Assembly (NCBI GenBank): GCA_050251945.1
Contig: JBFWLW010000004.1
Coordinates: forward strand, 96,001 to 160,000
Reading direction: 5' to 3'
Source: Deferribacterales bacterium
GTDB taxonomy: Bacteria > Chrysiogenota > Deferribacteres > Deferribacterales > Geovibrionaceae
Length of the DNA: 64,000 nt
Shown here: piece by piece, positions 9,701-19,108 of the stretch
Numbering within the stretch: the first letter of the stretch is position 1
Layout: each line of letters opens with the position of its first letter
Translations under genes and position numbers: made by a program
The notes under the pieces: model-generated
Told to the model about the DNA's origin: nothing
What the model saw: only the letters and a program-made list of their open reading frames with translations
Databases searched by the model: none

Positions 9701-10095
9701 TTTCCGGCGCAGGGACAGGCACATCTGATAGCATCCCAATGAGACTTTCTAACGGTGAATTTGTTACAAACGCCCGTGCAACCTCAGAATACCGCCCCTT
9801 GCTTGAAGCAATAAACAGCGGACGCAAGATAACGCCCGCTGACATACCAACCCCGTCAAATCAATCATCCATGGTTGGTAATACCTCTGCCGGTTCGCTT
9901 TCTACGGCTTCTCCGACAATCATAGTCCAATCACCCATAACAGTCAGCGGCAATGGCGATAGGCAGTTAGCCGCCATGCTTGAGCAGACCGCGCGGACAG
10001 CCGCACAGCAAGGCGCACAGATGGGCTACCAGATGGTCTATAAAGACGCAAAAGATAATGGCAGTATCGCTAAAAAAATAAAGGGTAAGGCTTAA
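6715..10095 (+). CDS. Tail tape measure protein
   Basis: 1126 aa, helical; NLGYQLQDI...GQRPMTIFIQQGAQ and GGYISGAGTGTSDSIPMRLSNGEFV motifs. Confidence 0.93.
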   Translation: MIDLATLGIKIDLTSLNDFVKASESAIKSANSLEAAVGKIALKSMSSGSNGGLSETAKAAKEAENAVREYQKTMEKSQALASKTNLGTSFNEQKEAIRQAADEAKSYSRIVEDSQNRAIKTNLRVSFNEQKEAIRETAQEAKKYGLSLQSLNRQRSSALISEFKQQAVVTRQAQNVIDRYAGSVRTLDGIQEHYRLELERVRQAYALAGGSAERLQLAERNLGDIRDQQIARWKAYNSQITGTGEAAQFSRHHLINLGYQLQDIIVGFTSGQRPMTIFIQQGAQVAGIASNAGVGIKGLAAAMGTLALSAARASVVMMANPYFLAITTVVGGATLAVSAFKKELNDSGGFDSYVNSLGLSIEQINSFETEIEKAGGVGVSFRDIMGTLFDELDFTEAKKEFAEFGVFVLQEGINTYVSYKAIGKAVQTYSNRTYFNLIANMFGKKDQIKDAGNEATMAMFAEEQKIYENIDKFKKEVQERTKARYDLILTPIVESNSERLTNKSLSQAEQYYKQYQDTLTAIRAEAKVHNLGISFLRAKEVAAYDKYTEQMSKLHDKERRDAERANAPYERRADTIRTYIAALNMEISRTGILTEERERLQKIDQLDTQLTRKDEKFKLTEKERESINALLLQQQQAAKIQKEVDDLYNNSSSKAIENYYTKTQSANIALEKGFITQETWAAILGREGEALKSATDKVYAYKKALDETVRIYDMFGDDLAVAKALTPEVKAGMTDEQIKKAEQYIRTTESMGRVNAELGKIWEETTGKGAAFEARIEAIKKKMADTSITLEYYNSLEQAINSEKNQNKFTLAGAGSVYSETQGKIDSIVQSQIDWNNASKAGLVTADQYLSKARELYAQELQLAALRGENLDGSAMTYWGAFSSGLDLYAANYEGTFSRLQAIGQNFFNSLSSGAGDAFSSMIIDGNSFGDAIQELNRTVLRTLISSLVQAAIQAAIFRAVLTGSSMVAIPSISNTSTATTWGSGGVGFAAAGGYISGAGTGTSDSIPMRLSNGEFVTNARATSEYRPLLEAINSGRKITPADIPTPSNQSSMVGNTSAGSLSTASPTIIVQSPITVSGNGDRQLAAMLEQTARTAAQQGAQMGYQMVYKDAKDNGSIAKKIKGKA

Positions 10096-10096
10096 T

Positions 10097-10681
10097 ATGT
10101 CGGCTATTGAGTGGACCGCGAGAAAACCAGAGACGCAGGTGTTCACGCCCAATGATGGCAACCGTATCTTCGGTGCTGATTCAGGTTCTCAGACTGTGCT
10201 TGAATACAGCCGTGCATACTGGACAGCAACATTGAGCTATGGCAGTTCTTTAAGTCTACAAGAAGAACGCGCCTTAACATCTATGCTTGGAAAACTTCGC
10301 GGAAGATTCGGAACTATAAAAGTCCCATGCTGGACACGATTTAGAGACGACGATGTAGGCTCAATAACAACCTTGGTAGCGAATAAAGATTCTTTCACCA
10401 TGACGGTTTCAGCTCCCTCCGTATTGTCGCAAAAGATATTTAGCGCAGGGGATTATATCGCCTTCGCAGGTGAGCTTATAGAGGTTCTTGACGATGTTGT
10501 CACGAATGCGGATGGTGTCGGCTCTGTAACCATGCACCGCAGGCTTAGAGCGACGTATTCTTCTGGTACAGCCATAGAATATAAAGAACCTTACTGTGTT
10601 ATGAGGTTAACGGATGTTTACAGTCTCAACCGTGAAAACATAGTCAGCGGAACCAGTCTTTCTTTAATGGAGGCGTTTTGA
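10097..10681 (+). CDS. Distal tail protein-like
   Basis: Immediately after tape measure; 194 aa. Confidence 0.55.
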   Translation: MSAIEWTARKPETQVFTPNDGNRIFGADSGSQTVLEYSRAYWTATLSYGSSLSLQEERALTSMLGKLRGRFGTIKVPCWTRFRDDDVGSITTLVANKDSFTMTVSAPSVLSQKIFSAGDYIAFAGELIEVLDDVVTNADGVGSVTMHRRLRATYSSGTAIEYKEPYCVMRLTDVYSLNRENIVSGTSLSLMEAF

Positions 10682-11274
10682 TGATAATAGCCCCATACAG
10701 CAATGAATCTCTTGCGATTATCAGTACGGGTAAGTTTAAGGCGTTTTACGCTGCCCGTTTGGATTTTAAAGACGGCGTAACCCGTATCCATACAGACACC
10801 GGAGATATTGTAATCAATGGAGAGACATATAACGGCATCGGGAATTTTGGCAGTGTTGCGGATACTTCGGAAAGCGTTGATTCTAAATCGGCATTGAGTG
10901 TTGAGTTAACCCTTTCGGGGCTTAACGCAGACATAATCAACGAGGCAAACGTTAAGGGTTGCCGAGGCAGAGAAGGCAAATTATTCCTCGTTGTTGTAGA
11001 TGAAAACGGAAATTATGCCGCTGATATAATCATGAGCGGACGTATGGATGCCGCACAAACCAAACTTGGCAAAGACGATTCCGAAAACTCCATTGTTATC
11101 CCTCTTGTTGACAGAATGGCAGAGTGGGAAAACGCAGGAACTAAACGAGTTACCGACGAAAGCCAACAGGCACGAAATAACGGCGACAGAATATTTTATG
11201 CTGTCGGGCAGATGGCTTCATGGCCAATATATTGGGGACAGAAAAAAGACGCTCAGAGTTTTACATATGAATAG
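10678..11274 (+). CDS. Minor tail protein
   Basis: G.TY.G.G..GSV ... LTLSG ... GRMD ... D..F pattern of siphoviral tail modules. Confidence 0.65.
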   Translation: MMIIAPYSNESLAIISTGKFKAFYAARLDFKDGVTRIHTDTGDIVINGETYNGIGNFGSVADTSESVDSKSALSVELTLSGLNADIINEANVKGCRGREGKLFLVVVDENGNYAADIIMSGRMDAAQTKLGKDDSENSIVIPLVDRMAEWENAGTKRVTDESQQARNNGDRIFYAVGQMASWPIYWGQKKDAQSFTYE

Positions 11275-11677
11275 AAATCCTGATTGGGCAAAACAACTGC
11301 CCGATAAAATAAAAGACTATATGAACAAGCCATTTCAATGGGGAACAGCGGACTGCTGTGTGTTTATTTGCGATTGCGTTATCGCCACAACAGGGATTGA
11401 CCCTATGGAGCAACACAGGGGGCGGTACAAAACAGCGATCGGTGCGGCTAAGGCTCAAAAAAACTACGGAAGTATAGAAGAAAGCCTTGATAGGTATTTT
11501 GATAGAATAATGCCAAAAATGGTTCAGAGGGGCGACGTATGCACCCATAAGCTTGAGGATGGAACAATCTCTGTGGCTGTCTTTTGGGCAGGCGGCTGGT
11601 GGTGCATGACAGACGAAGGATGCAGGAAGGTGTCCTTGGAACCCATATATACATGGAAGGTCGAAAATGGGAAGTAA
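11267..11677 (+). CDS. NlpC/P60-like tail protein
   Basis: PFQWGTADCCVF ... QRGDV motif. Confidence 0.75.
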   Translation: MNRNPDWAKQLPDKIKDYMNKPFQWGTADCCVFICDCVIATTGIDPMEQHRGRYKTAIGAAKAQKNYGSIEESLDRYFDRIMPKMVQRGDVCTHKLEDGTISVAVFWAGGWWCMTDEGCRKVSLEPIYTWKVENGK

Positions 11678-14600
11678 GGTTATTGGTGGAATTCAGACAG
11701 CCGCAACAGGAGCTATTCTGGTAGCTTCTCTTATGACTAACCCCGCGGGCTGGGCTATTGCAGCTGGGGCAATAGTCGGTTTCGGCGTAGGTTATCTGAC
11801 AACCAAGAACACATCTCTCAGCCTAGATACATCCCCATCTTCTCAAACAGTCAGAGGCTCTAAAGAACCTGCAAGGTATGCCTTCGGGCGATTCTCTACG
11901 GGCGGTATTCTATTTTTCTGTCAGGAACAATCAGGCGAGCAAGATACAAACGAATGGCTTCACTTGGCGTTTTATATATCAGAAGGTGCTATTACCTCTA
12001 TTGATGAAATATATCTGGATGAAGTTAATATAAATACTTACATAGTATCAAATATTCCAACTTTTGATGTGAATGAAGCAAGCATATCAGAAGGCACGCA
12101 GCGCGTATATAAAGGCAGAGTATATACGGCTTTGCAGAACATGACCGCTCCGCTCCCTATCCCATACACAATCGCGGGATATGATTATTGGGAAAGAGGC
12201 GGCAAAGTTGATGATCTTAACAAGGCTTCGTATGAAGTTCATATAAACAGGACAACTTGCGACCCCTTTATGCTTGAAAACTGCTCGGACTGGCACGACA
12301 GTATGATTGGCAGAAATATTTCATGGGTTCGAGTTTCTATAAAATATTGCGATGAAATATCAAGCCTGCCCACTTTTCGCTTTGTTGGCAAAGGGCTTGC
12401 CGTATATGACCCCAGAACAGACACGACTGAATATTCTGAAAACCCTTCCTTAATCGGAAGACATTATCTGAAAGAAATTCTTAAAACTCCTGATGATGAA
12501 ATCATAGACGAATACTTTATTGAAAGTGCAAATATTTCTGATGAAACCGTCGTTAATGCAGACGGAAGCGCCAGTAAACGTTATGTAATGGGCGGGATTA
12601 TTGGCGATAATGAACGCCGCGCAGACATTATGGGCAAAATTGAAGATTCTTGTGCCGGACATTTTATTCGATTAGGAGGGCGTTGGGGCTTTATAGCGGG
12701 AGCCTACTATGGTCCATATGACTTAACCATCACAGCAGACGATTTTCTCGGAGAAATATCTTTTCAGACCGAGGTGAACAACTCGGATGCTATTAACACC
12801 GTGACAGGAACATTTGTTGATCCTGATTCTTCATGGGAAGAGACCGATTATCCTCAGGCTCAAAATACAGAATGGGCAGATGAGGACGGAACCGAGCTGA
12901 CCGAAGACCTGAACCTGAGTTATGTCAATAATGTTTATCAGGCACAACGTCTTGCGTGGATTAATCTCAAGCAGAGACGTGCGGCATCTGTTGTCAATAT
13001 GAATCTTAATTTTATGGGATATGCCTGCCGTCCCGGAAGGATTGTCAGAATATATCTGCCAAAGCTCAATATTGACGGTGAATTCATCGTTACAAATTGG
13101 TCGATGGGGCTTGAAAACGCATGTCAGGTGGCGTTCCAGTCCTATGACGCGGACATATTCGATGATGCAGTGGGGGAAGCATATGACCCTCTGGGATTTG
13201 TATCTTTGCCAACAGGCGGCCTGGTTGCTCCTTCTGATCTTGCATGGACAGCCTTATTGGAATCTGTCGTTGCGCAAGGTTATTTGTCATGGACACCTCC
13301 GACAGATACGGTTGATTATTATTCGATAACGATCAGAAACACTGATGAAGAAGTGGTTCAGACATATCAGGTCGTTGGAGATACTTCTATCTGTAATGTG
13401 AGCGGCTTAACGGCAGGCACTTACATTATGTCTGTTGCCGCTGTTTCGGGAATTAAGAAATCTGGAGAAACAACCATACTTTCGGACATAAATGTTCCAG
13501 CGACGCCGCAAATTGTAACATATACAAATACTATTGATTCAATAACCATTATACCGTCAAATCCGACAACAAGTATAAACGGCGGGACATATGAATATTG
13601 GTTTTCAATCTCCACTGTAACTAATCCTCTCACTGAGGCTACAAAGCTGGGGCAAGGTTTATCTTTTACAAAACAGAACCTTGCATTCAATACCACATAT
13701 CACTTCTATATCCGCTCGGTTAATGCGTATGGATACAGCGGATTTTATCATCTTGAGGCATCGACCAGTAACGATGTGTCGGCTCTCCTCTCTGCATTAA
13801 CGAATCAAATCACATCCTCTCAGTTGGCTGAGGATTTGCAATCGGCAATAGAGGACTTGCCTAATATAGTGAACGATATTACAGATTTGCAGGGGGATGT
13901 TACGGGCTTAGAAGATAATGTGAACACTCTGCAAGGAATAATAGACGAACTACTCGGCGCACCGGAATATGATGTAAACGAAACATCTATTGATGCTGGA
14001 GAAATACGCACATATGAAGGACATCTGTATCGTGCTGATGTAAATATGACAAGCCCTATCCCTGTACCGACAGACACGGGATATTGGACAGATTTAGGCG
14101 AGTTTACAAGTATTCAGGAACAGTTGGATGAAGTATCCAGCCAGATAGTTACACTTACGGGTATCGTTGATGGTACTGCTCGTAAGACATATGCCCTAAA
14201 TTCTCAATACAGACGTGACGATGGCAGTACCGAACTGGAAACACTTATTGCGAATCTTCGATCTGACGCTCGTTTCGTTGAAGAGGTTCAAGTCAGAGCC
14301 GATGCTGATGAAGCCCTCGCACAAAGGCTGACAACTGCTGAGGCTAGTGTGGATAGCCTCGGTTCTTCTTTGACTGAACTTGAACAGGTAGTAGCAGATA
14401 ATCAATCATCCACCGCCACGGCATTGACAGCTTTGGAATCACAAATAGACACTGCTGAGGGTAATATTGCTGCCAATGCCGGAGCAATAAACAATTTACA
14501 GACGCATGTGAGTAACATAGACGATGAACTCGAATCCACCGCCACGGCATTGACAGCTTTGGAATCAACAGTAATCGACCCCGATACTGGCTTGTCGTCA

Positions 14601-14966
14601 AAAGCCTCTGCACAAGACTTGACAGAAGTATCAACTACTCTTGATTCCGTTCAGGCGCAAAGAACGCTTAAAGTTGCGACACAAGATAGTGAAGGAAGAT
14701 ATGTTCTCGCTGGTATAGCCTTGAGCGCAGACGGAACAGTTTCTCAAAGCAAGATATACATGCTTGCAGATGAAATAGTCCTTTTGAACGAAGAAGATGG
14801 GACAGCCACTACACCATTTATTGTGTCTGGCGGCAATGTTTATATAAACTCAGCGTTTATTAACCAATTAACTGCTTCCACAATAACAGCGACCTCGCTA
14901 ATCCGCTCTTCTGATGGAAAAATGGTTTTAGACTTCACCAATAAAACCATAACAATAACGGTGTAA
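11667..14966 (+). CDS. Tail tip / host-specificity (gpJ-like) protein
   Basis: 1099 aa; FN3-like segments, coiled-coil repeats, C-terminal PFIVSGGNVYINSAFI. Confidence 0.88.
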   Translation: MGSKVIGGIQTAATGAILVASLMTNPAGWAIAAGAIVGFGVGYLTTKNTSLSLDTSPSSQTVRGSKEPARYAFGRFSTGGILFFCQEQSGEQDTNEWLHLAFYISEGAITSIDEIYLDEVNINTYIVSNIPTFDVNEASISEGTQRVYKGRVYTALQNMTAPLPIPYTIAGYDYWERGGKVDDLNKASYEVHINRTTCDPFMLENCSDWHDSMIGRNISWVRVSIKYCDEISSLPTFRFVGKGLAVYDPRTDTTEYSENPSLIGRHYLKEILKTPDDEIIDEYFIESANISDETVVNADGSASKRYVMGGIIGDNERRADIMGKIEDSCAGHFIRLGGRWGFIAGAYYGPYDLTITADDFLGEISFQTEVNNSDAINTVTGTFVDPDSSWEETDYPQAQNTEWADEDGTELTEDLNLSYVNNVYQAQRLAWINLKQRRAASVVNMNLNFMGYACRPGRIVRIYLPKLNIDGEFIVTNWSMGLENACQVAFQSYDADIFDDAVGEAYDPLGFVSLPTGGLVAPSDLAWTALLESVVAQGYLSWTPPTDTVDYYSITIRNTDEEVVQTYQVVGDTSICNVSGLTAGTYIMSVAAVSGIKKSGETTILSDINVPATPQIVTYTNTIDSITIIPSNPTTSINGGTYEYWFSISTVTNPLTEATKLGQGLSFTKQNLAFNTTYHFYIRSVNAYGYSGFYHLEASTSNDVSALLSALTNQITSSQLAEDLQSAIEDLPNIVNDITDLQGDVTGLEDNVNTLQGIIDELLGAPEYDVNETSIDAGEIRTYEGHLYRADVNMTSPIPVPTDTGYWTDLGEFTSIQEQLDEVSSQIVTLTGIVDGTARKTYALNSQYRRDDGSTELETLIANLRSDARFVEEVQVRADADEALAQRLTTAEASVDSLGSSLTELEQVVADNQSSTATALTALESQIDTAEGNIAANAGAINNLQTHVSNIDDELESTATALTALESTVIDPDTGLSSKASAQDLTEVSTTLDSVQAQRTLKVATQDSEGRYVLAGIALSADGTVSQSKIYMLADEIVLLNEEDGTATTPFIVSGGNVYINSAFINQLTASTITATSLIRSSDGKMVLDFTNKTITITV

Positions 14967-14967
14967 T

Positions 14968-15618
14968 ATGAGCAAAACATTTTATGCTAATGGCAGTGCA
15001 GGCAAGATGGCGATTATGGATGGAGAATTGGATTTATCTGTAATTAATAATCCTTTGAGCAATATCGATAAACTCTATTTTCATAACAGTTTAGATTATC
15101 TTTATAAAATAGGCTCGGTATCGGGAGTGGCAAATTATCCCTCGTTAAACGGCTCATCATCATGGGTTTCTCTTACTACAGTGCCAATTGGCACATTAGC
15201 ATGGAATGATTCATATGTGCCGATTATCATAGGAAGGGTAAATGGAGTAGAGAACAATGGTTCTGTGTTGGTGCAAAAAAACAGCGAAAGCTCTTTTCGA
15301 TTCGTATCTATTACTTCTTCTTTTGCCTCTGGTGTTTTAACCATAGCAGGAACAGAATTAGCTCTAACAGGGTCTCCTTTAAGCAGTATCAATGTCAATA
15401 TTTCTGCTGATATTTATACTTTTGATTATCCTTCGGAAATGAAGATATGTGATATCTCTACTGATTCAGTTCAATTTGGGAATGGTCGGTTTCGTTCTGA
15501 TAGAGAATATCTTCGATTAGGTACATCTTATCATTACGCTAACTACCAAACCATTGAACTTTCCCAAGACAGTTTTCAATTTTTATCTTCTTTCTCTAAT
15601 CTAGGACTAGATATATGA
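14968..15618 (+). CDS. Putative tail protein
   Basis: 216-aa ORF tightly coupled within tail module. Confidence 0.55.
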   Translation: MSKTFYANGSAGKMAIMDGELDLSVINNPLSNIDKLYFHNSLDYLYKIGSVSGVANYPSLNGSSSWVSLTTVPIGTLAWNDSYVPIIIGRVNGVENNGSVLVQKNSESSFRFVSITSSFASGVLTIAGTELALTGSPLSSINVNISADIYTFDYPSEMKICDISTDSVQFGNGRFRSDREYLRLGTSYHYANYQTIELSQDSFQFLSSFSNLGLDI

Positions 15619-16037
15619 GTTTAATAATAGGCGCTGATAAAATAGAAATAATTCAAGACGGGAATACCGCATTCACAACTGAATCCAGAATGATATATAT
15701 CCATTCAAAGGTTTCATTTAGTTTCACTTTACCAGCTATCCCAGCTGGGACTGCTATTACCCATACGAATTATATGGTAGCGACTATCCCTTATTCTGCC
15801 AATGCTTTATTTGGTTACAGTCTTTTAGGACAACCATACACTAACCCAAATGGTAGCTTTGTATGTTCCGCAGCTTTTTTAAATACCACCATTATCGGCA
15901 TGAGGGTAGTAACTCCATTTGTTAGTGGCACTACCATTTATTTAAGGGACAGTGTTTATTTACGGACAGGAGGGACTAGCCAACTAAATACCTTTACCAG
16001 AAGTCTAACCGTCTATGCAGGCAACTACGACTTATAG
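15615..16037 (+). CDS. Putative tail protein
   Basis: Overlaps previous stop; within tail module. Confidence 0.55.
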   Translation: MSLIIGADKIEIIQDGNTAFTTESRMIYIHSKVSFSFTLPAIPAGTAITHTNYMVATIPYSANALFGYSLLGQPYTNPNGSFVCSAAFLNTTIIGMRVVTPFVSGTTIYLRDSVYLRTGGTSQLNTFTRSLTVYAGNYDL

Positions 16038-16049
16038 GAGTTAACATAT

Positions 16050-16970
16050 ATGGCAATTTGGATTAACACAGGAACAATCAGCATCTCCGCAGGTGGAACA
16101 ACCATTACGGGAAGCGGTACGAGCTTTCAGACCGGAGGTACTCAGAAAGGGGACATGTTTCAAGCCCCTGACGGCAGAGAATACGAAATTACAAACATCA
16201 CCAGCGATACGCAAATGTCGATTTACAAAGCATATCAGGGAACAAATGTCACTGGCTCAACCAACTGGGATATAATACCTACTCAGGGTTATGTTAAAGC
16301 TCTTGTTGATGAGGTGAGAGAATACGTTGAAACGAATAACACAATAGTTGAAGAAATAGACGGTTCTGGATTATCGGTAGCTCATGGAGGTACGGGGGCC
16401 ACAACTGCAACAGGAGCGAGAACCAACCTTGACGCTCTAGGGAAGACCGAAACCGCGGCAGACAGTGCAAAACTCGGCGGGGTGGCAGCCGGTGCCTATG
16501 CTCAGTTAGCCGCTGTACAAACATTAACCAACAAAACAGTTCCGAATTTAAAATTTTCAAATACCGCATCATCTGATGTAAATACGCTGGATTGGTATGA
16601 GGAGGGGAGTTTTACCCCTGTCGTGATCGGAACCACTACTGCTGGCGTGGGGACTTACACTTATCAAGACGGTAAATACACAAGGATAGGGAACAGAGTC
16701 TTTTTTAACCTTAGATTTAATGTAACAGCTCATACCGGAACTGGGCAAATGCGCATTACAGGATTGCCGTATACACCTACATCTGAGTATGAAGGTGTAT
16801 ATATCGGTTATGCAAACAATATTACTTTTACGGGTACGCAGTTGGGCGGTTATGTAGACTCAGCATCGCTTAATATTACGATCTATGGGATATCCAGTAA
16901 TGCTACTGTTGCATCTATACCCATAGATACGTCGTTTGCATTAATAATATCAGGCTCATATCGAGTTTAG
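16050..16970 (+). CDS. Tail fibre protein
   Basis: N-terminal GTISI...ITGSGTSF, VAHGGTGATTATGARTNL, C-terminal YEEGSFTP...YTRIGN motifs. Confidence 0.8.
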   Translation: MAIWINTGTISISAGGTTITGSGTSFQTGGTQKGDMFQAPDGREYEITNITSDTQMSIYKAYQGTNVTGSTNWDIIPTQGYVKALVDEVREYVETNNTIVEEIDGSGLSVAHGGTGATTATGARTNLDALGKTETAADSAKLGGVAAGAYAQLAAVQTLTNKTVPNLKFSNTASSDVNTLDWYEEGSFTPVVIGTTTAGVGTYTYQDGKYTRIGNRVFFNLRFNVTAHTGTGQMRITGLPYTPTSEYEGVYIGYANNITFTGTQLGGYVDSASLNITIYGISSNATVASIPIDTSFALIISGSYRV

Positions 16971-16979
16971 GAGGATATA

Positions 16980-17204
16980 ATGTTAGAGAAAAAAATAATT
17001 CAACGGACGGTATCTATAGTCGATGCAGGGTGGGGAAAAACGGCAGAAGTATTGTGGGTTGATATGATAGTTGAAACTGTCAGCGACGTTGAAAATGTTT
17101 TATCAGAAAACAATAGGCGTTGTGCGTATGGTGTAGATGATAAAGAGCGTTTTCTCTCAGAGGTTGCGGACGCGGAAAGTTACATAACGATTCTGGGTTG
17201 GTGA
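16980..17204 (+). CDS. Small phage protein (possible fibre-associated)
   Basis: AGGAGG RBS; 74 aa after fibre gene. Confidence 0.55.
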   Translation: MLEKKIIQRTVSIVDAGWGKTAEVLWVDMIVETVSDVENVLSENNRRCAYGVDDKERFLSEVADAESYITILGW

Positions 17205-17225
17205 TTAAAATAGGGGAGGTGGGGA

Positions 17226-17477
17226 GTGACAGAAAAAGATGCTGAACTTATAGCGAAAAAAGTGGCAGAGGAAATACAGAAAGGGATGTGCAGATGTGGT
17301 CTTAACCATGAGCTTATGCAATATCATGAGGGTGATCATGTATTTATCGGTGAGATACGAAAAGGAATAAGGCTTGGAACAAAAATAGGCATAGGCACCC
17401 TTATCACAGTGGTAACAGGTAGCGCAATAACTGCTTTCGGATACGGCATACGGCATATGCTTAGTGGGGGGAAATGA
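17226..17477 (+). CDS. Single-TM holin/antiholin-like protein
   Basis: C-terminal hydrophobic segment; directly before endolysin. Confidence 0.5.
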   Translation: MTEKDAELIAKKVAEEIQKGMCRCGLNHELMQYHEGDHVFIGEIRKGIRLGTKIGIGTLITVVTGSAITAFGYGIRHMLSGGK

Positions 17478-18040
17478 TGGCGGATTTAAATAAAGCACTT
17501 AAAAAATTGTGGAGCGTTGAGTTCTCAAACAGGGTTGATTTGATGCTTCATACTATCGCGGGAGATAGAGGCGGCATGACGTACAAGGGTATTGCTCGGA
17601 AATATCATCCCGCGTGGGACGGATGGGCGTTTATAGATGCCAACCCGAACCCGGAAATGCTTGAAAAGAACATGGTGCTTCAGGATAAGGTTGAGATGTT
17701 TTACCATCTCAATTTCTGGAACAAGATAAAAGGTGATTCGATAGCATTTCAGGCGGTTGCGGAAGAACTGTTCCTGAGTGCCGTAAACATCGGAATCAAA
17801 AAGGCTGTAATGTTGGCGCAAGAGGTATCTGGCACAAAAATTGACGGAGTATTCGGCGAAAAGACGTTGATGGCTATAAACAATGTTAATGCGTCCGACT
17901 TCTGCGAAAGATACACCGAACTTGAGATGCAATATTACGAGGATATCGTAGAGCGGAAACCGAAACAGAAAAAGTTTTTTAATGGCTGGATTGCAAGAGC
18001 AAATGTAATTAACGGCGATAACGCAGGAGAGATAGCATGA
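17474..18040 (+). CDS. Endolysin, glycoside hydrolase family 108 with C-terminal PG-binding segment
   Basis: DRGGMTYKGIAR, IDGVFGEKTL, FFNGWIAR motifs. Confidence 0.85.
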   Translation: MMADLNKALKKLWSVEFSNRVDLMLHTIAGDRGGMTYKGIARKYHPAWDGWAFIDANPNPEMLEKNMVLQDKVEMFYHLNFWNKIKGDSIAFQAVAEELFLSAVNIGIKKAVMLAQEVSGTKIDGVFGEKTLMAINNVNASDFCERYTELEMQYYEDIVERKPKQKKFFNGWIARANVINGDNAGEIA

Positions 18041-18267
18041 CATTCAAAAACCTCATATCGGAAAATGGCGCACAAATAAGCATAGGTAGACTGACATTCT
18101 GGCTGTTGCTCTGCGTATGCCTCTGGTTCTGGCTCCGAGGTGCAGATACGCCAAACACTCTATTTGAGGCATGGGCGGCTATGGTGCTTTATAATCTTGG
18201 AAAAAAAGGTGTCTGGGCTTTTGATAAAATGAGTGAACGCAAGCACGGAGGCAGGAATGTTGAGTAA
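18037..18267 (+). CDS. Holin-like membrane protein
   Basis: 76 aa, two hydrophobic segments, basic C-terminus, in lysis cassette. Confidence 0.6.
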   Translation: MTFKNLISENGAQISIGRLTFWLLLCVCLWFWLRGADTPNTLFEAWAAMVLYNLGKKGVWAFDKMSERKHGGRNVE

Positions 18268-18877
18268 AATATATAAGTGGGCGCTTGGTCTTGTTGCCCT
18301 GATCGCGGGAGTTTTGGCGCTCTTGCTCGGCATCCAGACGCAAAAAAATAAGACTTTGGCGGCGGAAGCCAACGAAGCAAAAAAAACCGCGGAGAAAGCC
18401 TCTGAACAGCTTGAGACGGTAAATGCCGCTGTGCAGAAAGCCGAAGAGAAACGGAAAGAGGTTTTGGCGTCAGAAGCATCTTTTGACAACATCAAAAAAG
18501 AAACTGCGGCGGCGGTCGAGACTGTTAAGCCGGCGAAGACAGAGCCGAAAGCGACGCGGCATCTTGGCGGCAAGTGGATTATTGTTTTCGCTATACTGTT
18601 TATGGCTTCCGGGTGCGCATCCAATCTTACAGAGTGCAGGACGCAATATCCATGTCCGGACAATGTTTGCGTGCAAGTCACTCCGCCAACTATCCCTTTG
18701 TTGCCGCGCCCGCAGTCGGCGGATGTTAGCGTTGACTATGATTCCGAACTCAATGGTTATCTTATCACAAATGAGCAATTCGATATCATCGAGGCAAACG
18801 AAGCGGCTCTGAGGGCAACAATAGAAGGATATGAAAAGCTTATCACGGTGTACAATGAATGGCGGCTCCGGCAGTGA
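18257..18877 (+). CDS. Spanin-like protein: N-terminal TM, coiled coil, internal lipobox, Pro/Cys-rich C-part
   Basis: Last gene of lysis cassette; internal IIVFAILFMASG-C (Cys codon 18614). Confidence 0.6.
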   Translation: MLSKIYKWALGLVALIAGVLALLLGIQTQKNKTLAAEANEAKKTAEKASEQLETVNAAVQKAEEKRKEVLASEASFDNIKKETAAAVETVKPAKTEPKATRHLGGKWIIVFAILFMASGCASNLTECRTQYPCPDNVCVQVTPPTIPLLPRPQSADVSVDYDSELNGYLITNEQFDIIEANEAALRATIEGYEKLITVYNEWRLRQ

Positions 18878-18905
18878 TGTGCAGAGCGCTTCAAGAAGTA
18901 ATCGA

Positions 18906-18931
18906 GAGGCGGGCGAAAGCTCGCCTTTTTT
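18906..18931 (+). terminator. Terminator ending phage late operon
   Basis: AGGCGGGC-GAAA-GCTCGCCT plus T run. Confidence 0.75.
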
Positions 18932-19108
18932 AATGACCATTTTCGTGATGCCAAGAAAATGGTTCGTCGGAAATTCCAACTATTAAGAATTACTTTATAG
19001 TTCAAAATTTGGCACGCAACTTGGCACGTTTAGAACGGGTATTATCATACATAGGCGGGAATGATTCTGAAAAATAAGGTGTTTTTAACCGCTCTCAGGC
19101 GACCAAAT

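Noticed and set aside
19009..19028. Sigma54 promoter (TGGCACG)
   Set aside because: -12 element reads TTGG, motif is tandemly repeated, no downstream gene; integrase arm sites fit better
19091..19105. Second tRNA 3' end (GCTCTCAGGCGACCA)
   Set aside because: Too short and no T-arm upstream
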